The notes under the pieces: model-generated
What the model saw: only the letters and a program-made list of their open reading frames with translations
What the model was told of the DNA's origin: nothing
The model's database searches: none
Shown here: positions 1 to 10,870 of the stretch, in pieces
How positions within the stretch are numbered: the stretch's first letter is position 1
How the letters are laid out: each line of letters opens with the position of its first letter
Assembly: GCF_001194135.2 (NCBI RefSeq)
Contig: NC_068982.1
Location: 112,470,477 to 112,534,476, forward strand
Source: Octopus bimaculoides
Lineage: Eukaryota
DNA: 64,000 nt
Direction of reading: 5' to 3'
Program-made: the position numbers and the translations under genes

Positions 1-1521
1 GTTGTGCTGAGCTGCTGCTGCTGCTGCTACTGGAGTCGTTGCTGATATTTAGGGGTTTCGCTATTAGTGGCACAATGTTTCTAATGAAGATACACCTCTT
101 GAGAAAAATTCTTCACTTGCTATTTTATCAATTTGTGTAGATATTGGTTTGTATTGCTTCCATTGAGTATTCCTTCCGCTCTGTTTTACAGAGACTGGAG
201 AACAAGATAATTGAATTTGCTTTGATTTAAAGCGACGCTATTGTCATAAAAAAGAAAAAAAAAAAAAAGAAAACAGAAAAAGTAAAAGGAGAAAGAACGA
301 AAAAAACTGCGATGCAATTGATGCTTATTGATGCGTTAAAAAATAAATAAATAAAAGAGTTTATTAAACCGGATCAGTTATGACAAGAATGGGTCGTCTC
401 GGTACACTGATATGAGATTTCGCTTGCTAGGAGCAGTAACTTGTTGCAGGGACTGAGAGAAAAGGCTTGTTAGAGGAGTACCATTATTTCGGTGCTGTCA
501 AACAAAGTGATGCGATAGAATTATTGAGGGGGAAACGATTTTGTCATTTGTGCTAGTGAAAATCATGTTAGCGTATTTATCATAGTTTTTACTGGTGCAG
601 CTGTAGTTGAAAAATACCTATATTCGATGTTGCTGCTATCGTTAGTGTATATATGCTATGTTACTTCACGCTGGTGAACAGGCATTGCTGCTGGAATAAA
701 TATTATTTTATGGACTGCTTGTGTTAGTGAATTTATAATTTTTCTTTTATATTGTTCATACATGTTACTATTCTTATTGCATTTGGTTCTACAGTGGCAT
801 TTAATATTCCTGATAATGAAAAGGTGGTAATAACAGAAGTGGCAGTATCAGTTTTTGTTGTGGATTTCACAGACGTCTTCATTAACATCAATTTTTTTTT
901 TTTTTTTCCTATTTGTTATTGTAGTTATCACGGAAGTTAGAACAAAGTGTTTACTTTCCTCCAGATTAATTGGTAGTTATTCCAGCTAAAGATAGTAGCA
1001 TGTAATAATTTGTTTTCTTCTTAATGTGTCGACCAGAATATTTGATATTGGGGGTGTTGAACAGTATTTGTGACATAATGACGACATTGGTGGCAGTGGA
1101 AATTCTTAAAGTAAGTGTTGTAGCCTAGATGATGCAAGCGGTGGTATTTTTTGGAGATTGCTAGGTGGCGAAATGTAAAACAACGGCGGCTTCACTTGCA
1201 TAGAGACATACTTGTGTTTACACGGACGGTTGCGTTTTTGTCGTCATACGATATATAGGTTGGCATATAGTCCTGCAATGTGACAAAGGAGAGTTCTTAA
1301 TAAGAAGCGACATTTTTCTTACTCCTGTTGTTATCGTTAGTGCTTTTAAAGTCCATTTAAAAGTATATATTTATAAATAGATTGTTTTTTTCGTATGATT
1401 AGTAAGTGCCTTTTCATTTCCTTCTTCTAGCTCCTTGTATTGTATCATTCTCTTTTCTCTTCCTTTCCTTCTTTTTCTTATTTTATCATTCGTTTCCACA
1501 CGTACTCAGGCAAGCAGGTAG

Positions 1522-1760
1522 GCAGACAGACAGGCAGACAGGTAGGCAGACAGACAGACACCGGAGATTTCGGTGGTGATGATGGAGCGGCAGCAGCAGC
1601 GGCAGCGGCAACAGCAAAGATAAATAGCAACAGCAGCAGCAGCAGCAGTAGCAGTCACGATGGGAGAAGCAGCAGCAAGTGTAGTTGCAGTTGTAGTAGT
1701 TAGCTATAGTAGAGTTCAGAGTAATAGTATTTCTGGTCTCCTACTGCCAGCAGCATCTCC
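1522..1760. repeat. Degenerate (CAGA/CAGG)n followed by (GCA/GTA)n simple repeats
   Basis: ggtaggcagacagacaggcagacagg... followed by gcagcagcagcagtagcag... These repeats explain ORF 1440-1703. Confidence 0.85.
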
Positions 1761-1969
1761 TGTACTAGTAGCATAAATCGTGTTAAGAACGGCAACAGTA
1801 AAACATCAATTGCACGCATTGAAGAGAGGAGGTTTCAATCAGGTAAACAGGGCCTTTATATGAACGACGCTAGCTGTATTTACAAGCCTAGGGAGTCAGT
1901 CGATCAACCGTGAAAGCTTCCCACGAGGAGAGGGGAATAAAATACGGTAACATAAATGTATGTTTGTGC

Positions 1970-1971
<2 letters not shown>

Positions 1972-2007
<36 letters not shown>

Positions 2008-2452
2008 NNNNNNNNNNNNNNNNNNNNNNNNNNNNNNNNNNNNNNNNNNNNNNNNNNNNNNNNNNNNNNNNNNNNNNNNNNNNNNNNNNNNNNNNNNNNN
2101 NNNNNNNNNNNNNNNNNNNNNNNNNNNNNNNNNNNNNNNNNNNNNNNNNNNNNNNNNNNNNNNNNNNNNNNNNNNNNNNNNNNNNNNNNNNNNNNNNNNN
2201 NNNNNNNNNNNNNNNNNNNNNNNNNNNNNNNNNNNNNNNNNNNNNNNNNNNNNNNNNNNNNNNNNNNNNNNNNNNNNNNNNNNNNNNNNNNNNNNNNNNN
2301 NNNNNNNNNNNNNNNNNNNNNNNNNNNNNNNNNNNNNNNNNNNNNNNNNNNNNNNNNNNNNNNNNNNNNNNNNNNNNNNNNNNNNNNNNNNNNNNNNNNN
2401 NNNNNNNNNNNNNNNNNNNNNNNNNNNNNNNNNNNNNNNNNNNNNNNNNNNN

Positions 2453-2512
<60 letters not shown>
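1972..2512. repeat. (AT)n - assembly gap (2008-2452) - (AG)n
   Basis: Seen directly. The other gaps, mostly microsatellite-flanked, are 8741-8917, 25063-25163, 27559-27907, 30977-31848, 35642-35654, 39315-39556, 39962-39971, 42927-43018, 43989-44679, 44991-45375 and 53535-53764. Confidence 0.97.
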
Positions 2513-2514
<2 letters not shown>

Positions 2515-3687
2515 TGTGGGAAGAAGATATAAAAGATGAGATGAGAATAGGAAAGTAAACCAGTCTATGTAAGGATTATTTACTACAGGTTGTTGCCGAT
2601 TTCGATCCAAGAGAGAAATTAGGGTTTAACACGTGAAAGGGGGTTGACTAGTTTATATGTTATCAGCACTGTCTGAAATATTATCCGCAGTCTGCAGCTT
2701 TGACAACAATCGCTAGCTTCTTAATGAAACAATTTACTAATACTAAATTAAGGGGTTTAGTTAACTAATTAACGATGAGATAGTTATTGGATTTACAACG
2801 AAATAAGAAATTTATTTGTAATTCAGTATAATTCATTCATAACGAAATGATAGTCAGACTACAATACTGCAACCGATCTTAGATCGAATGAATAGGTGCC
2901 ACTTACAATGTGACTCACGTATATCATACCATCTTTTACTCCTGCTATTGAATATTTATCGAAATTTAAGGCTTAATAACTCGTTTCAAAACTGAATTTT
3001 AAAAATGAGAAAGAATATCATAATGTGTAGGTGGATACATTAAAATACCCGCACAATAATATTTATGTGCGTATTCATATTTATCTTTTGGTACTCCGTG
3101 GAATTATAAACGTGGCTACGGCATTTTAAACCTTAGTAGTGAAAGAAATAAGAGGGCTAGATTTTTTTTTTTGCCTTAATTAATACACGTTAAGGTTAAA
3201 TAAAACAAATGTGACGTGGGGGAAAGGGGTATCTTGAATATCTTGAACGTTGCAGTTCTGAGGAGGAAGAAATACTGGGCAATATTCAGTAGGAGAGGAG
3301 ATACAGTATGAGGATGAGAGAGACCGTCGTAAGAATCGCGTGGGTTTTATGGGGATATTCAGTTGATGGGTGGCTAGGCATAATGCCTGTAGTAGTAGAA
3401 ATCAAAGTAGCAGGAGATAGTATATCATGACAGCGGGTCACATTTGTAGGTGCTATTAATTGTATTTGTGTTAGATGTAGTAATGCATAGAGTATGAGTA
3501 GTATGAGCAATAGAGTAATACAGATTTAAAAACATGTTGAAATACAGACAGACAGACAGACATATGCACGCGCACACGCACATACACACACACATGCACA
3601 CACACATATTTCTACATTTATGTATATGTGTGTAAGAATGTATATATATATATATATATATATATGTACATCTATGTAAATGTATGA

Positions 3688-3726
<39 letters not shown>

Positions 3727-3732
3727 AGAATA

Positions 3733-3804
3733 AGGGCAGAGAATCGTCAATTAATAATAGAATTAATAATTAACAATTTTGCCAAGTAGTTCAGTATGAA
3801 AAAA
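3733..3804. repeat. Interspersed repeat fragment, copy 1 (copy 2 at 39223-39296)
   Basis: agggcagagaatcgtcaattaataatagaattaataattaacaattttgccaagtagttcagtatgaaaaaa aligns by eye at roughly 85% identity with 39223-39296. Family not assigned. Confidence 0.8.
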
Positions 3805-4628
3805 CCTTTATCGGTAGAACTATTTATCATCATAAATATACAGGGATTAGCAATTGAGTTGCTTCTCCAACATACTGAAAAATTCAGAAATAGCAGTCAA
3901 AGAACTACTATATATATACATATGTACATGTATGTTATAGATATACATATGTACATATATGTTCATGTACCTGTATGTGTGTATATACATACATATATAT
4001 ATGTGTGCATATATGTATTTGTGCATATATATAAATATATATATGTATATATATATATTTAGAGAGAGAGAGAAAGAGAAAGAGAGAGAGAGATAGAGAT
4101 GTATATATATGTGTGTGTGTCTATGTTTGTGTGTGTGTGCATATATGGTGAAGAAGATATAGACATCACTGTTTGTAAATATATAGATACAAAACGAAAG
4201 AGTCAACATATGCCTGCAGCATATGTTAGCACTTATTTAATACTTTCTATATTATTTAATTGTTTCTAATCTATCATGGTTTCCCGTTCATTCAGTATAC
4301 AACACACTCCTAATAGATGAAGACAGCAGTCTTTGTAATATAGACAAAGCATAAGAAATGAATAAAAAAGAAACATAAGATGTAGAAAATAAACCTAAAA
4401 TAACCGCGGCCTACGATGTGAAATATTTCTATCTTTAAATTGTTTACACTGTTAGCAAGTGGGACAAACATAAGTATGCGCAATAAAGAGCAGCATAACG
4501 TATTGAATTATTGATTTTCTCGCCTAGTCACAAGGCCCCCACCCCTTTTTTTTGGCGGAGTAATGGGGGAAAGAGTTAGGGTTGATTATTCACCCGTACT
4601 TTGCATACCCTATATACTGCAATGTGAA

Positions 4629-4790
4629 GGCGCATGACCTAATGTTTAGGGTGTTCCACACACGATCATAATATCGTTAGTTCGATTGCCGGACTGAGCG
4701 GTGTGTTGTGTTCTTGAGCAAAACATTCATTTCACCTTGTTCCAGTTTACTCAGCTGTGAATGGGTAGCCCTACAACGGAGCAGCTTTCC
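4629..4790 (+). mobile_element. tRNA-derived CORE-type SINE (Octopus OR1/OR2-like), degenerate
   Basis: tRNA-like head: ggcgcatgacctaatgtttagg (A-box-like) ... agttcgattgcc (B-box-like). It is followed by tgtgttcttgagcaaaacattcatttcaccttgttccagtttactcagctgtgaatgggta, which resembles the CORE domain. Family naming is from recall, not a database search. Confidence 0.6.
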
Positions 4791-7700
4791 ACTCAGCTTG
4801 AATTCATCTTCTTACTCCTGACAAATTTCATTTTATCTGTGTGTGAGTGTGTGTGTGTGTGTGAATGCATTAATGTTTGTCCGTTTGTGTGTGTATCACT
4901 ATACATATATATATTATATGCCACCCTATGTATGCATGTGTATGCGTCTGTGTGTGTGCATGTGTCCATATGTGTTGAGTGAAGTCTGCTTGTGCGTACG
5001 CGAGTCGTGCGTGTGTTTTGAGACCTTTAACTAAGTTCCTGAGTCAACTTAACTGCTGGTTACCTCTGGTTTTCGTACAAGAAGCAGATACAAAATAGAA
5101 GGTCAGCAGAAGATTGTATTGCCATGTGGTCAGCTTTCTAGAAAAAATACACCATTGCTTCTCAGAATAACTGTCTAACCTCGACATGAGGAAATGACAT
5201 ATTAGATGTCATAGCCTTGCATTCACTGTATCACAAAATCGTCATAGTTACTGAGCTTTTGAAAATAGGGCTGGCTTGAGGGTAAACAAAAGCAACACCG
5301 AAAATAAAAATAGTATTATCTATTTCACCGGGCCCTCAATGTACATACTACTTTTAAAATTCAAGTGCTGGCGATCCTCACATATTAACACTGAGGTATT
5401 GTGCCTTTAATCTAGGATAGAATAACATTTTACCTTTGCACATTTTATTGAACATATTTACTGCCACGTTGATTAAACATTTGGGAGTTGAGAATCTTGT
5501 CTATGTTCGGCATGTAAAACCAGAAACAAAGTAAAACAAATCCCTATCCCCGACTCAGTTGGTTATGTGTTACTTTATACACACAATTATCTGATGTTGT
5601 ATCTGATTTTATATGAGACTGGAAAGTGATATGATGTGATTTTTATGGCTTTATTAAAGCTGCAGCGATGTAAGTGAAATTAAAATTGAAAACAGACAAA
5701 CGAGAATTGAGAATAAATCGTCAATTTGGCTCACCGAGAGATTTCTATTTCCATATTATTGGGATTTTGTAATTAATCTGTAAACATTAACTGAAATTAA
5801 ACGTTATTCTCAGGAAAAAAAAGAAGAAAGAAAACGCATGCACTTTAATAGTTCGTCAATAATCCAACAATATCGGACCGGCGAAGTTCAGATCTAGATT
5901 TCATCCTCGCCAATCCCATTTATTCTCTCTGTCTGCGCCTGTTTGTAGCTCTCTCTGAACAAAATGCTATTTCAGTTTCTGAGAGTATGCAACGTTGTAT
6001 CCTATCTCCAAGAATGACAGTCTCTCTGTCGTGGTTCGCCCTCGTATTCAAGCTTCCATAATTTCAAACGTGATAGAAATCAACCTATTTAAAATCTTAC
6101 GATCTCTCTACCCCAATCTCTTTTCTAAATTCATTCATCAGTGCACTTTCTGTAATAAGATTTATCGGATACTTATTTGATATGCCATATCACCGAGGCC
6201 TCTTGCTCTTGAAGAGGTCTACAGCCAGGCTACCCACCACATGGAATCCATTCTACTATTTTCGCTTGGATTTCAAACTTGATGTCAGATATCTTTCTTG
6301 CATTGCGGAGAGAAGCGTTTGTCGTAACTCACATTCGAATGCCAATCCTTCTGAATACTGGGACTTTCTCGCTTCTGGTCTTAACCATGACCATTCTATG
6401 CAACTAAACTTCCCGTCCTTGCAACTAAACTTCACATTCGGCTTGCATCGTTACACGAACAAAAACAACAGAAACAAGTTTAAAAGCCTTTGTGGGTCAA
6501 TATCTAATCTTGTTTTTATAGTTAGAAGCCCATTTCAGGTGTTCAACAGATCAATAATTTTGTGCATTTCAAGTCTTGTAATATAACTTCTCCATATCTG
6601 AAAAACAAAATTCAAACCATCCAAGTCAGTACACGAGAACTAAGAGCTCGCAGTCACTGGTGATTTTTTATTGCAATCTCAGATAGAGATCTTTGTCAAA
6701 ATTACACCTCACGACTTTGTTTCCCAACTCGGAAAATAATTTAGTCTCGATCAGTTATCTTCTAAATAGCACAAATGTGACCCCCATAAGAATACAATCG
6801 GATGAGTTCTACTGTCATAATTAATCAACTTATGAATCGTTTATCTACGCACAACCTCCGATTTACTGGCACGCTATATACACTTGAAACCTCAACTATA
6901 CTGACTTAAACTAAACAGCAACAATACTAACCCCCCACCACCACCTTTATCATCATAAAGATTACCTAAACACCATTTTGACAGTCAAATTTGCAACTCC
7001 ACCAATATCACAACCATTCTCAACAAAACCGTCATCATCATCTTCGACATCATCACTTCTACCACAATTAATATGCTTCTATAAAGACACTACATTGTAT
7101 GCACTCCGTAGCAAATCTCTAACTTTCATTTTTATTGGTTCTGCTGTGTAATTAATTTTCAGATTTGAATAAATATATTTGCATTGTAATGGGAATATTC
7201 ATGTAAGGTTCATAAAGTGGAGAATTATTTGTCTTATGACGTTTTCTAGAACTACTTACAAGAACTTATAGTTTATATATAGAAATTGGAAACATTTCAA
7301 AACACTGACAACAACCATGAATGCAATCTGCTGACAAAATCATAATTGTTGTACTATATTGGAAATATACTTAGATATGTACCCCTTCAAATTAGGTCAA
7401 CGTTATTTTGCGCAACGTTATTGCAGTGTTTAGCAGAGTATATAGTTATTGGGAAAAATATACACGATATCTTTTGGTTCTGGTATAAATGAAATCAATC
7501 ATGTCCATGTAGGATTTATTTGGGAACAGATACCATAAATATCTGAACAAAATTATATCTAGATATCAATTATGACATTGATGTAGAAGATGGTTGGGCT
7601 ATAAGAATGTATAGGATAATATGTAGTGGCAACCGAATAGAGGTAAGCTTTCGGCAAGTCAACACTCTTTATATGGTACTGAGTTTCGTGATTCTAGTAA

Positions 7701-7894
7701 ATTCACTTGACTTACAAAAGGAATGATATTATGGACATTACATAGCCCCATTTTCATACTTTTAAATGATCAATGACTAAACAAAGAGAGAAAGAATATT
7801 AATAGCAAATTGGAATATGTTACATGTCTCGCAGTACAATGTATTGAAAGAGAACCAAATAAATAATTGTGGTGGTGTTTCTGGAAAAGTAGTG

Positions 7895-7895
<1 letters not shown>

Positions 7896-7960
<65 letters not shown>

Positions 7961-7982
7961 TTATGTGTGTGTGTGTGTGTTT
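7896..7982. repeat. (ATCT)n + (GT)n compound microsatellite
   Basis: Seen directly. Confidence 0.95.
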
Positions 7983-8917
7983 GTATGGCTATGCATTATG
8001 TATGCGTATGTTTGTGAGACTGTCATTGCGAGTGTATGTATATGTATGCATTTATGTATATACATATGTATATATACATATACATGCACGAACACACAAA
8101 CACATTCATATATAAAGAGAGTGAGAATAATCCATAAATACATGCGCCACATGGGCTCAACTCCCCTCACCTCTTCATCTGACTCCCCACCTCTCCTCTC
8201 TTCATCTGACACCTACTTCCTCTCTTCACTCCTTCCTACCTCTCCTCTTGTTCTGACACCTACTTCCTCTTTTCACTCCGACCCACCTCCTCCCTTCATC
8301 GATACCCCCTCCATCAACCCTACCCCCACACATCTCACTCCCACATACCCCACCCCTACCCCCATATTCTCACTCAAACTCACACCCACCCTCACGTTCC
8401 CACACCCTAACACCACCACACCACACACCACTACACCACATCACACCACCCGCACACACTAGCACTGACCACTTCCCAGCACCCACACCATCATCCACAT
8501 AACAGAGGCACACACACATGCACACACCACACGTGAAAGTCACCGGCCCCTATTAACACGCACACACACTCTCACAGATACACGCGCGCGCACCTTCGTT
8601 TTCGGATCATCAATACTTTATTATCTCCCCTTCGTCCTAACTCTCCTGTCTAACTACCTTTGTCCAGCCAGTTGCCATGATTGACCGCCAACTCCAAAAG
8701 TTTTTTTGTTTTATTCTCTCCGTTTATTTCCTCGTGTTGANNNNNNNNNNNNNNNNNNNNNNNNNNNNNNNNNNNNNNNNNNNNNNNNNNNNNNNNNNNN
8801 NNNNNNNNNNNNNNNNNNNNNNNNNNNNNNNNNNNNNNNNNNNNNNNNNNNNNNNNNNNNNNNNNNNNNNNNNNNNNNNNNNNNNNNNNNNNNNNNNNNN
8901 NNNNNNNNNNNNNNNNN

Positions 8918-8950
<33 letters not shown>

Positions 8951-9447
8951 TGACCCCAAGTTGTTAAATGTCTGAAACACATTTCTTGAATAATTACACT
9001 TCTTTTCTGCTTTATCTTGCAGCGTCCGAACTTTGTGACTTTGTGACTAAACTCTGTAGTGCTAAGCAAAAGTCCTACTAAATGTAAAATAAACTCACAA
9101 TAGATAAACATGTTCTTTGCAAGTTGCGATTTATCAAGTGTCGAACGGATGCTTGACATTTAGAATTGGTAGTAAAGTATCTAAATAGTGTAGTTTTTCT
9201 AATTACTATCAAGTATTCTTTAAAACAAGTTTTATCAATCACGATAGGTTGTGATCGCAAAACTTATCTAAATGTATTTGCAAGTTTCTGAACAGGAATC
9301 ATTTAATCCTTACATGTTTTTTTTAAATTTCGGGTTTCATTAAGTCTTTAAACTAATTTAAAACTCAGATCGGAATTGTCGCTCTGTCATTCAACGTCCG
9401 TATTTAGATTTCCCATAAATTTCTTTTAGCTATTATTTCAGTTTATG

Positions 9448-9508
9448 TGACAGAATCGTTAGCACACTGGGCAAAATGCTTAGCGGTATTTCGTCCGTCT
9501 TTACGTTC
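9448..9508 (+). mobile_element. 5' fragment of tRNA-derived Deu/Nin-type SINE
   Basis: cagaatcgttagcacactgggcaaaatgcttagcggtatttcgtccgtctttacgttc matches the heads of the copies at 9612, 57832 and 59219. Confidence 0.8.
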
Positions 9509-9524
9509 ATTGTCATCATCGTTG

Positions 9525-9582
<58 letters not shown>

Positions 9583-9611
9583 CATTATCATCATCATCAT
9601 CATCATCATTA
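9509..9611. repeat. Compound (ATC)/(ATT)n trinucleotide microsatellite
   Basis: Seen directly. Source of the poly-N/D and poly-L/S ORFs 9443-9731. Confidence 0.95.
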
Positions 9612-9825
9612 TCAGTCGGTGAGCTGGCAGAATCGTTAGCGCGTTGGACGAAATGCTTAGCGATATTTCCCCCGTCGCTACGTTCTGAGTTCAAAGTCGA
9701 CTTTGCCTTTCATCCTTTCGGAGTCGACTAAATAAGTACCAGTTACGCGCTGGGGTCGATGTAGTCGACTTAACCATTCCTCCCAAATTTGAGGCCTTGT
9801 GCTTCCAGTAAAAAGAATTATTATT
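9612..9825 (+). mobile_element. tRNA-derived SINE with Deu/Nin-like central domain, near full length
   Basis: Head ggtgagctggcagaatcgttagc, B-box-like ctgagttcaaa, core gcctttcatcctttcggagtcgactaaataagtaccag...tggggtcgatgtagtcgact, and an (ATT) tail. The core resembles the Deu/Nin SINE domain (GCCTTTCATCCTTCCGAGGTCGATAAAATGAGTACC, from recall). Several copies in this window. Confidence 0.85.
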
Positions 9826-10444
9826 TTCTCATATTCTTTTACCAGCTGTCTGTGGCGATGCTCCGAACCAATATTTTCAATTAATTATTTTGTTACTTAC
9901 TATGAAATTAAATACAGTATTAAATGTTTAGTGTTAAGTCTTGCTCCATTTACTTATCATTAGCACATACTAGTGTGTGAAGTGAATTTACTTTGTTATG
10001 AATGTTATTTTAACTAAGTCATATAGGTTAACATTCATCTTGCGATGCAAGTATAAATGCACCAGAATGAATTATTCGTTTCTATACAGATTACAGCTTT
10101 AATCTAGCAATTCAATTGGGATACGCCGCTGTTGATTGATTGTAAATGATTTTTGTTTCTAAAACGCTTTCGTCACTGCTACTTACTTTCAGTTTGTAAA
10201 GCTGTCTGTTTTTGATCAATTCTTTAAATATTAAGGAGGTTTGCTTTTACCTGTTTCTAAACTATTTCCAATAATTTTTTTTTTGTATTTTTTCAAGTAT
10301 GTTTACTTTTCCTTCTTCATGATCATAATTATTATGTTCAAATTCATCTAACGTCACCTTTTTACTTTCTGAGATTAAAGCACTATGTTTATGTATCTAA
10401 ATACCAATGACGTGTGTAGACAAAGAAACCAGTACTGTTATTAC

Positions 10445-10600
10445 TGAGGGAAGTACACCGGGCAGAAAGTCCGGCGCTTTTTATCCTTTCGGCGTTGATA
10501 AAATAAGTATGAGATGAGTACTGGAGTCGATGTAATCGACTTACCTCCTCCCCAACATTGCTGTCCTTGTGCCAAAATTTGAAACCTTTATCACTGACTG
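10445..10600 (+). mobile_element. Same SINE family, degenerate copy
   Basis: tttttatcctttcggcgttgataaaataagtat...tactggagtcgatgtaatcgacttac...ccttgtgccaaaatttgaaacc. Confidence 0.75.
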
Positions 10601-10714
10601 CAGTTTACTGGCAGAAGTGTTAGTTCATATTTATAATTTTTCTGGCTCTTTACCTGCTGTGTTCAGATTTTGCCGAAGTCAACTTTCTGGCCCTATATCT
10701 ATTTTAGAATTTAC

Positions 10715-10870
10715 TGTCATCCTTAGGGTGGTGGATTGTAGAATTCTTTCAAGTCGATGAAATAAGTACCAGTTATCTACTAGAGTCGATACAATCCACT
10801 ATTCTCTCAACTTCAATTTTCTGGCCTTTGCCTAAGTTGGGAAAGATTTTTATTATTATTTTGGTGATAA
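10715..10870 (+). mobile_element. Same SINE family, 5'-truncated degenerate copy
   Basis: ctttcaagtcgatgaaataagtaccagttatctactagagtcgatacaatccact...tggcctttgcctaag followed by an (ATT) tail. Confidence 0.7.

Noticed and set aside
360-1380. Minus-strand frame with few stops over ~200 codons (Pro/Ser/Thr-rich), as a pseudogene
   Set aside because: All three frames are similarly open because the strand is A/C-skewed. No domain or consistent splice structure was found.
3286-3510. 74-aa minus ORF with hydrophobic ends (signal peptide/GPI-like) and an NVT sequon
   Set aside because: It starts at TTG with no upstream ATG or acceptor. Hydrophobicity follows from the C/T-rich strand composition.
4629-4700. 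tRNA genes at SINE heads (also 9612, 59219, 49650)
   Set aside because: Only degenerate A/B-box-like motifs running into SINE bodies. No complete cloverleaf.
5065-5138. Minus exon-like segment encoding MAIQSSADLLFCICF (GPCR TM2-like)
   Set aside because: No TM3-TM7 exons were found between it and the candidate terminal exon, and the similarity is too short.
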